In this document: one piece after another, positions 25,745 to 38,054 of the stretch
Layout of the letters: every line of letters begins with the position of its first letter
Numbering within the stretch: the stretch's first letter is position 1
NCBI RefSeq assembly: GCF_035594765.1
Contig: NC_085846.1
Location: 13,069,190-13,133,189 of the forward strand
Direction: 5' to 3'
Length of the DNA: 64,000 nucleotides
DNA from: Anolis carolinensis
Taxonomy: Eukaryota
The notes under the pieces: generated by a model
Told to the model about the DNA's origin: nothing
The model's input: only the letters and a program-made list of their open reading frames with translations
The model's database searches: none
Position numbers and translations under genes: made by a program

Positions 25745-28700
25745 CAACAACAACTTTATTTATAACCCGCTTCCATCTCCCCGAGGGGGGAGCGGTTCAC
25801 ATGGGGACATTTCTGCTAAATGAAAAGCTTTTGTAATCCACTTTTCTTCTGTTGGTATTTGTAAATTTTCCCCAAGCTTGGGGCATATAATATTATCTGC
25901 CTGACGATCATATATTGTAATGTTTTTGCGTTTATTGATTTCACTTGTTCATTTTGTAGTCTTAGTAAAATTAGTTCAGGGTTTAATTGTGTGGCTTAGA
26001 AAAAAAATGTAGTTTTTGTATCAAATTCCAAAACTGTTTTGATTTAGATCAGGTCTACCTAGTTCTGTTTTCTGACACCCAAGTGTTATATCCATGAACC
26101 GTTTGTTTAATCAGCCCCACTGCTGGCATGGTGGGTTTTAATTACCTCTGCTCTGTCTTGCGCACAGCATGAATTTCAGGGTCACAGCGATTACATCCAC
26201 TGCCTGGCTCTTCGAGAGCAGCTCCGGGAGTGTTTGTCAGGGAGCGAGGATGGCACTGTGAGGCTTTGGGGTAAGGACCTGTGGTTTGGGGTTCCTTTCC
26301 AGTCTTCCACCAGCTTCTTAGTTACTTGCTTTTGTATCTTGGGAAGTTTGTCTTCAAATGTATATGCTTCCAGCTCCTTTAGAATCAGCTACAGAGGTTG
26401 TAGTACACTTTCCTAAAGAATTCCTTAAATCTAGATTCTATCTAGGCAGAACCTTATCAGTGGTGGCCCCAGTAGATGCAGTCCCCAAGTTACAAACATC
26501 TGACTTGCAAATGACTCATAGTTAAGAACGGTGGTGAGACAACAGGAAGTGAGAGAAATCTACCCCTAGGAAGGGAAATTCACTCCTGAAAGAGTTATTA
26601 TGGGGGAAAGGAGTCTCTACTGAAGTTTTATCTCCAATCCTTGTTTCCACAACAAGCCAAAATTTTCAATGATCACAGGGACAGAAAGTGAGATGAAATC
26701 TTCTGAACAGGGGCACAGACTGCAAAACAAACACCACAGGGGTGTTAACCCTTGTCTATGCTATCCAAAGCTAGCTGTGTGTATGCGTGTGTGTATGTAT
26801 GTACGTACATATGTACATATATACATACATGGCTGTAGTTACACTTAAAAACATACCTGTTCTGACTTACATAGAAATTCAACTTAAGAACAAATCTACA
26901 GAACCTATCTTGTTCATAACTTGCATTGCCTGCATTGTGGAACCAGCTTTTTAACTGAACACAGAGCCTGAAAAAAAAATCTTTTTTGGATTACAGCCGG
27001 CCATGATGGCTACATAATTCTAGGAGTTGAGGAACAATTTTTTTTCTCATAACTGAAAAGACTGCCAAAGCTGAACATGCAGGAATTTAGGAAGATAATG
27101 AAAGAAATGAGCCTTTAATCTAATCTGTCATTTTCCATTATCTGGTAATTGCCAGATTACCAGTGTACACCTACACTTACTAATTTTACTTTTTAAGAAT
27201 TGTGATTTAGATTTAACATTTACTTTATTGTATGAAGGAACTAACTAAGCCCACTTCCAAGTAGTCCTTGCCTTAAAACCTTCTGAAATTAATGAGGTCA
27301 TCATAAATGGGCACAGAGACAGACAGACAGATGCTTTGAAATGTATTAAGAAATGGGATATTTATTCTACAAACATGAATTTGTTTCCAGAATGTTTGGG
27401 GGCAAACAAGTGCAACATATGCCACAATTACACATTTATTAATTGCTTTATAAAATACTTCCTAATTTTCTTTGGTCCATATGCTAGAATTGTGACAATG
27501 GCAAGCTGTACAGTTGGAAAGAGGAAGAAGGTTTTGAGTGCTTTTATTGATGGGAAGATTGAGACTATTTAAATAAATATATTACATTTCTGTTTTTCAG
27601 ATTTACGTACTGGAAATCAAGTCCAGTCCATTGAGGTGCATAAATATGAGGTACGATTATTCTCCTCCATCTTCCTGCAACTCAAGAGATTTGTTCATCC
27701 TCGCTATTTTTAATTCTGCACCTGTCCATCTGCTTCCATATTTTCAATTATTTATGAAATAATCTTTTAACATGCAATTGCTGCTACTAAAAGAGAATGA
27801 GAGGAGTATGCAATTCACCCAAAGTTTAATTATTTCACATATGTAACTTCACATTTTACCGAAACAACACAAGCCTTCAGGGGAAATGGAGCATTACTCA
27901 TTTCTGATCAGGGTCTTCATGCGTTGGGCTTGACATCCTAGCATAACCAATCAGGGAGCCAATTTCCTCTGGGCATTTTCCCTTAACACTCATCTCAACT
28001 CCCTTAGGAATGTAACCGGCCGCAGAATGGGAAGTGGATCCGTTGCTTGGCAACAGACTCCGACTGGATGGTAAGTGTGCCTGATTTCTGTCAATGAGCG
28101 AGAATTGCAAGACATCCCACAGTGCACTGGGCTAGCGGTCACCCATCCTGGTTGCTCAGTTACTGGGCTTGAGTAGCCTCGTGGGCTCAGCCAGCATCAC
28201 TAACCTTCATGCCTCCTCCTTTGGAGAACCTTGTTCTGCCTGTGCTTTTCTGAAATTGATGTTCAAGGCAAGGAGCTGGAGAAGTACACAGACTCAGAAA
28301 TGAGGGCAGCAGGGGATTGTGAATTGTCTGTAGAACAAGCAAAAGAATTGAGGAGACAATATGTGTCATCAAAAGATTTTAGGCTCCCTTTGGTTCCCAA
28401 TCTCCATTTTCCTTCCTATAGGTGTGTGGTGGGGGGCCAGCGCTCACTCTGTGGCACTTGCGGTCAGTTACACCTACAACGATATTTCCCTTGCCCCAAT
28501 GCCAGCAGCAAGTCATGTTTTACCAGGACCTGGTAAGTCTTCTTCCTCTGGACTAAAGATCTATAGCAGGCAGGCTGTTAGGAATTGTGGAAGTTGAAGT
28601 CCAAAACCCCTGGAGGGCTGAAGTTTGCCCAAGCCTGATCTATAGTGTCCCTTCTTTCTCGGCCTCATTCCTCACTGCCCTTTCGTCTTTTAATTCCTGA

Positions 28701-29867
28701 ATTGCTCCCACTCTTGCTTCTTTGGATTTTCAAGGGGACATGCAGCATTTTTCCCTACTCCTACTCTCTGAAAAGGGACTTTTTTTTTACTTCAACTGGC
28801 TATGCCATTTGGTGTAGTCCAAAGTGTAGCTTTTCCAAGCTCTGCCCTTCTCACTCTTTCATGCTTGGAATTGCCTTTTACTTGCTCGTATCTCACCTAT
28901 ATTTGCAGTAATTATCTCTCCCCCACCCCCCGCACCTAAATATGTTTCTCTCAGATCCTTTCTGCTGGCCACAGCCCAACCATCAACCATTTACAGATCA
29001 GCGGGGAAGTGAAGGCCCAAATCCCTTGCATGCTGCATTGCGTCCACTCTCTTTCCATCAATGAACAATCGCCAGAGCACAAGGTACCTTATAAATTGGA
29101 AATTGTATGTAAAAAAGTCGTACTACATCCTGTTAGTGGCATACGCACATACATGCATGACATTTTGTTGGTTTTGCAGAGGTTAGTATTCCCTCCCTCC
29201 ATAGTATCCAAAGCATCTTTCTTAGACTTGCTGTAGAACATTGAAGCCCTGTCTTGCAGGGCTATTCTATGGCTTATGCAGATTAGGCAGGGTTTGAGAT
29301 GTCTGGCTGTGTTCCCGTAGCCAGAAGAGAGATGATCACATCACTGCTGAGGTCTACTGAGTACACCAGTTTCAGTTTGTTGCAGTCATTTCTTGTCTAG
29401 CTACAGAGGCATAATCAGGCACCTCTCCAGTTTTCCTTACTCCTCCTCTTTGGATGGAATGGTAATTTCAGGGTCCATACAAAGCATCCAGAGGTGTGGT
29501 AAATGGTTCAGGGTGCATAGGTTTGCATGTGGAACAACGGTGCCAGTGACTCATACAGGATTGCAGCCATAGTGTCCTCTAAAAAGAAGGAGGCTTCTGT
29601 GAATTTTGAATCTTCTTGGTGGTGTTCAATGCAATTTTGAACAATCATTCTGAAAAATGTGAATTTGGAATTGGAAGTGAGAGATGTCGAAGATTTGAAA
29701 GAAGAGGGATGGCCCTGGGGCAGTGGAAGGGGCTTCAGGAGTCTTCAACCCATTGAAAAATTTCTTGCTCTCTCCATCCCCAGGTCCTGACCGCTGCCGG
29801 AAGCAGCCACTGCATTGATGTCTTTACTAACTTCGGTTATCGGGCCTTTTCCCTTGTCTTCACCTAG
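21470..29867 (+). CDS. THOC6: THO complex subunit 6 (WD40), 327 aa from the ATG at 21470
   Basis: Exons 21470-21585, 21686-21750, 23696-23799, 23966-24003, 24099-24147, 24233-24304, 26168-26270, 27601-27650, 28008-28070, 28422-28532, 28955-29083 and 29784-29867; all GT-AG and in frame. Peptides [61 protein letters not shown] and [13 protein letters not shown] few N-terminal codons might come from an upstream exon. Confidence 0.97.
22098..22520. mobile_element. Penelope-type terminal repeat, inverted pair
   Basis: tgtgttgtc.aaggctttcatggcc...ggcaggcatc followed by its inverted copy. Same family at 38580-38810, 42132-42650, 47250-47643, 49158-49647 and 55483-56279. Confidence 0.6.
23835..23911. 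mobile_element. 77-bp Tc1/mariner-type MITE (hairpin)
   Basis: TA-CAGGGTGTTTGAAAAAGAA...TTCTTTTTCAAACACCCTG-TA; TA TSD; almost entirely inverted repeat. Confidence 0.75.
26477..26932. mobile_element. Tigger/Tc1-mariner-like non-autonomous element; second copy at ~32840-33235
   Basis: Two dispersed homologous copies starting (ca)gtcccc.agttacaaa and ending ttgttcataa. Confidence 0.55.
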
Positions 29868-30864
29868 TACTCCTTTTTTCTCTTCTTTGTGGATAATTGT
29901 ATATATATATTTTTTACAAATCTTGAGTATGGATAAAAAGTACCTGTGTATAGCAGGTCACCTTGCCAGCTATCTCTGGGGATAAACAAGCAGCTCCATT
30001 GTTGACTTGCCTCTGGTCAGTTCCACTAAGGAGAAAAATGCCTCTGAAACTGTATTCCTCAGCATGCTTGTTTAGGAACAAACTGCACAGGTTTACAATT
30101 ATTGTAGAGGCTTGGAGAGGTTATCTAGGCTGTATTGTTGTGGGAGGAGGAATTCTGGGAGCTGTAATCCAAAAAGAGTCACTTCTTCCAATAATGTGTA
30201 TTGTGTCATTGAACAGAACAGCAGGCTGCCCATTTTTGCTGCAAGCTGAAGCCTTCAGTTGCTCAATCAGAATACTTGTTATGTCACAGGAAATGATGTG
30301 TAAATCATTCAGATTAGGTGCATTAAAATACTGTTTTTTAAGGTTGAGAAATAGACTATTTAATTTCATGTGTTTACAACTTTATTCCATCTTTCCTTCA
30401 AGAGGCTAAAAGATAGAATACATAGTCTCTTTCTATTTCTTATGAAACTCCAGTTCATATATGTTATGTTGAAGAACAGCGATTGGGAAAAATCTCTGTG
30501 AGCTTTTTGGCTGAGTGGAGACCCAAGTCCAGGTGTCCCATGTCTGGGTGGGGATGATGGGAGTTTTAAAACTGGGGAGGGGGCACATTGAAGAAGCCTG
30601 CTATAGCCATCATATCATATTGGCTCTCATACAGAGCTTCACATATGAACCTGACAGCAGCAGGAAACAAGAAGGAGCTATTCAGGGGTGATCTGCCTAC
30701 TTGAGGCCCTTCTCTATTTTGGTCAAATTTGGTCCATAGGATTTAAAGCTTTAGTCCCTCTGCCTTGTAAGGACTGGAATAATCTTTTCATGGAAAATTG
30801 AGAAAAATAAAGTGAGAGGAGTACTCTTGGGGAACAAGAATGCTCTCAACCTGATGCTCTTCTC

Positions 30865-33800
30865 CTAAGCTTCTCCTGCCTCGGACATTTCCACACTCTC
30901 ATACATATGTCCATCCTCCATTCTTTTCAGTTCCTTCAGATCTTCCTTATGTTCTTCCTTGAACATCCGAAGGGCTGCCATCATTTCTTCATAGGCACCA
31001 TCATGTTGTGGCTCAGAATCGGGCATCAGGTATTGCATGGTATTGGTCAGCATCACTTCGGCCTCACAGCAGAGGGCCTCCAAGCCTAAAGGCCTGTAGA
31101 TGGCATTGCCGGATTTGTAGCACCTGCTGAAGAGGTTGACAGATACCAAGAAGTAGTGAGGGAGGTTCCCCTTGTTGAGGGTGTGGATTAGGAGCCTTAG
31201 GAGGGTCTGGATTGAGGACAGGAGAGTCTCCCATTGTGACGTCTGAGGATAGATTTCACAGCACCACAACAGAATGGTCTACAAGAGAAGAAGAAATGTT
31301 AGATAGACATGATAGTCATTAATTGTGGTCTATAGCTCATGAGTCCCAAAGACAGAGACCATCAAGGGACACCTAGTACCAAATAGGTAGCACCTCCCCC
31401 CCCCCCCCCAAAAAAAATCTATATACCTATCATCTGAAATGATGGTATATAGCATTTTTAGAATTTTTGCTTTCATCACCCCCAGGATTCCTAGTGATAT
31501 TGTTTACTCAGCAAGCGTACCTTGAGGTGGTAGGAAGTCAGGATGCTGCCATATTCTGGTGTCCATCTTGTCATGTTGATAAACTTCAGCACCCGCAGAG
31601 CTGCCCCTCTGTGTCCCCCATCTGCATCAATATCTTCGAGAAGCTGAGTTTCCGCTCGGCTAAAACAGAGCCTAACACCAGGTCGAGACTATAAGAATGT
31701 GGCATTTACAATCAGCTAATATAGTTTAAGAAAAGTCAAACAGCACATGTTTGACTGCTATGAAGCCAATTCCCAGCGTTTTCAGTGGGGCTAACTTCTG
31801 AGTAAGTGTGCAAACGACTAGAGCACAAAGAAATATTTACACAGTAGAATAAATGTGGTTTGCAACCACTTTAACTACCATGTCTCAATGCTATGAATTA
31901 CTGGAATTGTAGTTGATTTTAGAGTGCTGACACCTCCCCAAACTACAACTCCTAGGATTCCATAGAATTGAGAAATGACAGTTTAAATGGTGTTAAATTG
32001 CATTGATTCTACAGAGTAGGTGTACCCTAAGACCTGAAGTGACTGCTGAATGAATTCAAACTACAATGAAAGAGATTCTACCTAAACATTAGGTAAACTT
32101 AATGGTGAAAGCTTTTTGGCAAAGGAATATGCTGCCTTGGAAGGTGGTGGGGGTCTCCTTTTCTGAAAGTTTCTAAGCAAAGGCTGCATGGCCATATGTC
32201 AGGAGTGCTTTAATTATATGTTCCTACGTGGCAGAACAGGGTTGGACTGGATGGCTCTCGTGGTCTCTTATGAGTCCACTTAAAATTTCTCATCTTAAGA
32301 ATATGAAAATCTGCTTTGAAATGGAATCCCTTTTAATTTTCAAGAGTAAAACTCAGGAAGTGCTCCAGCTCAGTCAGTCAGCTTTGGATTTTGAAATCAT
32401 TTCTGGATTTGTGACGATTAGATTTATTTTCTTACCTCCAAAATCCTCCTTTGGAGACCAGCTCCGGCCCAACTTCTCGGACCACTCTGGCTTTCCGGAG
32501 GAAGTTGGCCCTTTCATTGGTCAGGTCTCCGTCCCACCAGTCGGAAAGGTGGGCGAGGTCCTCCCGTAACCACTGGTTGGAGAGCTTGAAGGCCCCCAGG
32601 ACGGCAGGCACCAACCTCACTGGGACATTGTCACAGCCATCATTGAAGGTCAGTTGGATGGCTGGACCATCCAGATCCAAGGCCTCCAGTCTGAAACCTC
32701 CTATCAGAGCATAAAGAAAAGAGATGTTATTCTAGGAATACGTATGTTGCTAATTTAATATGCCCTTAATTTTGTTACAGTGTTTTTCCAGGTGGAAATG
32801 CTAAAGGTGCTACTCGACTTCTAGAAAATAATATAGTGTACTGGAAGTCCCCGAGTTACAAATCCCCGACTTACAAACGACTCGTAGTTAAGAATGAAGT
32901 GAGACAACAGGAAGTGAGAGAAATCTACCTCTAGGAAGGGAAATTGAGTCTTGAAAGAGTTCTTATGGCGAAAAAGTGTCTCAAGTAAAGCTTTATCACC
33001 AATCCTTTCCACAAGCCAATTCAAACAAGCCAAGTCAAAATCTAATTAACACAGACAGAAAATGAGGGAATCTTCTGAACAGGGGCACAGACAGCAAAAC
33101 TCCACAGCGTGTTAACCCTTTCCTATGCTACCCATATATATATCTGGAGTTGCATTTAAGAAATGTACCCTTTCCGACTCACAAACGAATGCAACTTAAA
33201 AACAAACTTATGGAACCTATCTTGTTCATAATGAGGGAGGGCGGGCAAATGAAGGAGGGCGGCAAAGACTGGGTCAACTGGCTTCTATGATTTTCTTTCC
33301 TCTCTCCACTGAATAACCCTCAATTTATCCATTAGTCACATCAAAAACTCATAATTTTGGCCAAAAAAACCTGCCCGTGATATCTGATCTTTGAGGAAGG
33401 CACCTGACAACAGCTACCTGTTGTCAAAGTTTGAACGATTTAACCCCCCAAAATAAATAAGTTCACCTCTTATGTGATGGTCTATCTTGGGAACTCGGGA
33501 AGGGAAGAGTCTTCGCTGGAACACTGGGTCTAGGTTGGAAAAGGCAGAAAGAAATTGCTGCATTAATTTAAGCAAAGAGTTATGAATGGTGCAGAATCTC
33601 AGAATGGGAAATAACTGGAAAATAGCATTGCTTATTTAATTTTCTTTGAACTCACCATTTTGCCGAGGATGGGTATATGCTGGCAAAATGGGAAGAAAAA
33701 CAAGAGAAAACGAGTTAAGAAAAAAACCGTCGAAGGAAACAGCTGTCCATCGTTTTTTTCCTGCCATGATTTCTGAACATTTAAGAGCTACATATTAAGA

Positions 33801-36800
33801 AAGTAATGTTTTAAAAAATATAGCATTCCCCCTTAATGGCAAAAAAAGAGAAACTCTTAATTTTACACCCCTTTAATTGCCATAGCTCACTGCTATGGCA
33901 TCCTGGGAGTTGGAGTTTTGCAAGTTCTTTAGCCTTATCTGCCAAAGAGCACTGATGTCTCACCAAACTACAACTCACAAGATTCCATAGCACTGAACCA
34001 TGGCAATTAAAGTGGTTTCAAACCACATTCATACAACAATGCATATGCACCCCTTTGCTCAGTATCTAAGTTAAACTTTCAGAACAAGGGTGACAACCTG
34101 CATTTCCCTAGAAGGGCCACATGTTTTCTCACTTTAAGCAATAAATACCAGGAAGTCTGAAGTATCCCAGTCACCAGATAGTGAAACTTCTATGTCTGAG
34201 GATTATGGGGAGATGCTACTCTGCTGTGTGAACCCTACCTGGATCCAAGGCAGTTTGAACACAACGGTGCAAATCCTTCAAGATTTGTTTAGGTTCTAGG
34301 TTGTGGTGACTTAGGCTCTCCTGTGAAAAAAAAAGGGAAGAAGGTTGTTGAGTCCTCAAGAACTGAGCTTGGACATCAAACTGCATTCATTCTACCGTGT
34401 AAATGCACCCATTGTTTCCATTTGCATTGTTTTATATTTATTGGCACCAGTATTCCTTGGCAGGGAAGGTGAAAGACCTTATAAAACTACAGCTTCTATG
34501 AATCCATAGGCCTTAACCATGGTGCTTAAAGCGGTGTCCAACTATATTCATTCTACAGTGAGGATGTACTGGGCTTTGCACAGTGGGCTAAATTGCTGTG
34601 CTGCAGCAAATCCTGACAATCGAAAGGTCAGCAGCTCAAGCCCGAGTTGGGGTGAGCATCTGCCATCAGCCCCAGCCCACCTGCCCACCTAGCAGATTGA
34701 AAGCAGAAATGTGAGTAGATAAATAGGTACCGAGCCCAGGTCAGGGTAAGCACCTGCCATCAGCCTCAGCTCACCTGCCCACCTAGCAGATCGAAAGCTG
34801 AAATGTGAGTAGATAAATAGGAACCAAGCCCGGGTCAGGGTAAGCACCTGCCATCAGCCTCAGCTCACCTGCCCACCTAGCAGATTGAAAGCTGAAATGT
34901 GAGTAGATAAATAGGTACCGAGCCCGGGTCAGGGTAAGCACCTGCCATCAGCCTCAGCTCACCTGCCCACCTAGCAGATCGAAAGCTGAAATGTTAGTAG
35001 ATAAATAGGAACCAAGCCCGGGTCAGGGTAAGCACCTGCCATCAGCCTCAGCTCACCTGCCCACCTAGCAGATCGAAAGCTGAAATGTGAGTAGATAAAT
35101 AGGTACCAAGCCCGGGTCAGGGTAAGCACCTGCCATCAGCCTCAGCTCACCTGCCCACCTAGCAGATCAAAAGCTGAAATGTGCGTAGATAAATAGGTAC
35201 CAAGCCCGAGTCAGGGTAAGCACCTGCCATCAGCCTCAGCTCACCTGCCCACCTAGCAGATCGAAAGCTGAAATGTGAGTAGATAAATAGGTACCGAGCC
35301 CGGGTCAGGGTAAGCTCCTGCCATCAGCCTCAGCTCACCTGCCCACCTAGCAGATCAAAAGCTGAAATGTGAGTAGAGAAATAGGTACCGAGCCCGGGTC
35401 AGGGTAAGCACCTGCCATCAGCCTCAGCTCACCAGCCCACCTAGCAGATCGAAAGCTGAAATGTGAGCAGATAAATAGGTACCGCTTTTAGCGAGGAGGT
35501 AAGAGAAGGCATGCTCCTCTGCATGGATGATGGAGTGATAGCACCCCCCCCCCTCCAAATGGCCAGAGTTGAGCACAGTCTTCAAGATTCTAGAAATAAG
35601 ATTGGAAATGCCTTTACCTCTCTTTGTGTATTGTCTGTCCTTGTAAATTGTATAATGGCATTGAATGTTTGCTGTATGTTTGTTCTGCGTAAGCCACTCT
35701 GAATCCCCTTCGAGGTGAGAAGGGCAGGGTATAAATACTGTAAATAAATAAATACCCATTGTTTTAATTTGCATTGCTTTCTACGAATGGTGGACTGCCT
35801 TGAGTTCTGATATTGGCAGGGAAGGACCTTGTGAAACACCAATTGTTTAAACTGGCAATTTTTCCTATTTATAAAAATGAAGAAAATACAACCCAAATAA
35901 GTAAACAAAGTACAAAAACATGAAAATAAATCAAATAATAATGTAAAAATAAATACAAATAAAGGACATAAAGTAAAAATAAACAAAAATAAATTTGAAA
36001 TAAACAAGGGAAAGGTAAAGGTTTCCCCCGACATTAAGTCTAGTTGTGTCCGACTCTGGGAGTTGGTTCTCATCTCCATTTCTAAGCTAATTTACATATG
36101 TTTTAATTGTTATAATGTATTTTAATGATGTATTTTTATAGTTTTAATTGATTATGTGTACTGTTTTTGTTTTATTATTATGTTATTGGCATTAAATGTT
36201 GCCAACTGTTGTAAGCCGCCCTGAGTCCCCCCCGGGTGAGAAGGGTGGGGTATAAATGCTGGAAATAAATAAATAAATACATAAGCTGAAGAATCGGTGT
36301 CGTCCGTAGACACCTCCAAGGTCATGTGGCTGGCATGACTGCATGGAGTGCCGTTACCTTCCCACTGGAGCGGTACCTATTGATCTACTCACATTTGCAT
36401 GTTTTAGAACTGCTAGGTTGGCAGAAGCTGGGGTTAATAGCAGGAGCTCAATCCACTCCCTGGATTCAAACCGCTAACCTTTTGGTCAGCAAGTTCAGCA
36501 GCTCAGTGGTTTAACCCGCTGTGCCACCGGGGCAGAAAAAATAAGCAAAAGTAAATTTTAATTTTTTAAAAAGGAAATAAAGTTTAAATTAATAAAAATA
36601 TTAAATAAAGTAAAAATTAATAAAAATGAAACAAAGTAAAACATTAAAAATTACGCAAAAAAGTAACAATAAATTTAAAATAAACAAGAATAAAGTATAA
36701 CTAAAAAGGAAATAAAAATAAGGTAACAAAATAAAAATACATTATAAATTCATAAAAACAAAGCCAATAAAGTAAAATAAGTAAAAAAATAAAGGAAATC

Positions 36801-37295
36801 AATGCGAGCCCCCACTTCTAGTTCCTCCAACTTGTCCAAGTCCGTCTCGTCGTCTTCGTCCTCCCGGCGCGCCTCCTGCCGATGGCAGTGGATCTCCACG
36901 TAGATCTCGGCCAGCGCCTCCAGATCCAGCAGGGCTTGGGAGCCCCAGCGATGGAGGGGCAGCCCCTCCTCGCGGAAGATGTAGGTGGGCAGCGCCTGCT
37001 TGCACCGCGGAGGCGCCTCGGCCAGCCCTCCGCTCACCGGCGCCAGCTGCGGGTTGTATCTCACCGGGAGGAGGAAGTCGAAACCTGCGGAACTCCCTGC
37101 CGCTTGAAGGTGCAGCCCTTCGCCGTAGCTGCCGACCGGGACGGGCTCCCCGGGGAAGAGCCCCGTGCTGGCTTCGTAGGCCCACTGGGACACCTTCCCC
37201 AGGGCGCTTTTGGCCAGGAGAAAAGCCCGCCCCGTCCGCCAGGCCTCGTCCCCCGCCAGGAAGACCCGCTCCGTGTAAAAGCGCTCCAGGCTCAT
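30865..37295 (-). CDS. Mab-21/cGAS-like nucleotidyltransferase-fold protein, 484 aa (MAB21L3-like C-lobe; probable pseudoenzyme)
   Basis: Exons 37295-36816 (phase 0), 34320-34239 (phase 1), 33529-33467 (phase 1), 32700-32436 (phase 2), 31671-31521 (phase 0) and 31278-30865, totalling 1455 nt with no stops. Family motifs in order: GSYGEGL..GFDFLLPV, LEPKQILKDL, GPAIQL..VRLVPAV, WRLCFSRAETQLL..DGGHR, LTSYHLKTILLWCCE.YP...W, LPHYF..VNLF. Confidence 0.9.
34640..35483 (+). repeat. Minisatellite of ~9 x 94-bp units derived from an internal Sauria-SINE-like segment
   Basis: The unit marker tcagggtaag recurs at 34741, 34835, 34929, 35023, 35117, 35211, 35305 and 35399 (period 94), after a diverged first unit. 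The unit contains acctagcag..gaaa..aatgtgagtagat.aataggtacc, as in the SINEs of this window. Confidence 0.9.
36008..36532 (-). mobile_element. Sauria SINE split by an L2-like 3' fragment (~36090-36282)
   Basis: The SINE tail half and head half flank a tgtaagccgccctgagtc..(aaat)n insert. Confidence 0.7.
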
Positions 37296-37353
37296 CGCTT
37301 CGGGCCTAGGCTTCGCGGATGAGGCAATTCCTCGGCTCTCCTTTTCCGTCACA

Positions 37354-37370
37354 GCTTTCGCTTTCGCTTT
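37354..37370 (-). promoter_or_regulatory. Tandem IRF-binding element/ISRE upstream of the Mab-21 gene
   Basis: The minus strand reads AAAGCGAAAGCGAAAGC, matching the IRF-E consensus GAAA(G/C)(T/C)GAAA(G/C)(T/C), ~60 bp upstream of the ATG of a CpG-rich first exon. Confidence 0.6.
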
Positions 37371-37733
37371 GGGACCATTCCTGCCCGATGGATTGGAGGA
37401 ACTTAGATATCAGGCCTGGGCAAACTTAGGCCCTCCAGGTGTTTTGGACTCCAACTCCCACCATTCCTAACAGGCCCCTTCCTTTCCCCCCTCACCTGCT
37501 CACTGCCTCTCCCTTAACCCTTTCCTAAGGCGCACAAAGGCATTGATCAGCAGCTGGATAGACTGGAGAGGGTTGGGGAACGGACTCAGCAGGATGGAAG
37601 TTGTAGTTCCCCCTGCATCAAGACACAGTACTGTGACCCCCACCCACAATGGGCCTGGACCACCCGTGGCACACAGAACCCCGATGACCAGGTTTTTGGG
37701 GGAATTGACCTTGATTTATTGATTCACCTACAT

Positions 37734-38054
37734 GCCCCCCAATGGCGCAGTGTGTTAAAGCACCTAGCTGCTAAACTTGGGGACCGAAAAGTCACAGGTT
37801 CAAATCCGGGGAGCAGAGTGAGTGCTCACTGTTAGCCCCATCTTCTGCCAACCTAGCAGTTCGAAAACATGTAAATGTGAGTAGATCAATAGGTCCAGCG
37901 GGAAGGTAACAGCGCTCCATGCAGTCATGCCAGCCACATGACCTTGGAGGTGTCTATGGACAATGCCAGCTCTTCAGCTTAGAAATGGAGATGAGCGCCA
38001 ACCCCCAGAGTCGAACACAACTAGACTTAATGTCAGGAGAAAACCTTTATCTTT
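37734..38054 (+). mobile_element. Sauria SINE
   Basis: Full head-to-(acctt) tail similarity with the other copies. Confidence 0.8.

Noticed and set aside
34640-35483. Regular repeat array superficially like CRISPR
   Set aside because: The units are contiguous with no unique spacers, derive from a SINE, and lie in a vertebrate intron with no cas genes.
35860-36795. Extremely A-rich tracts in intron 1 of the Mab-21 gene
   Set aside because: Low-complexity sequence with no discernible period or coding signal.
30865-37295. Calling the Mab-21 gene cGAS (MB21D1) or MAB21L1/2
   Set aside because: It lacks the zinc thumb, the EFD triad and the basic N-terminus of cGAS; MAB21L1/2 have single coding exons and are highly conserved. 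No gene symbol was assigned.
36799-37322. Alternative GC-rich ORFs (36799-37185 minus, 36882-37322 plus)
   Set aside because: Shadow frames of the CpG-rich first exon of the Mab-21 gene.
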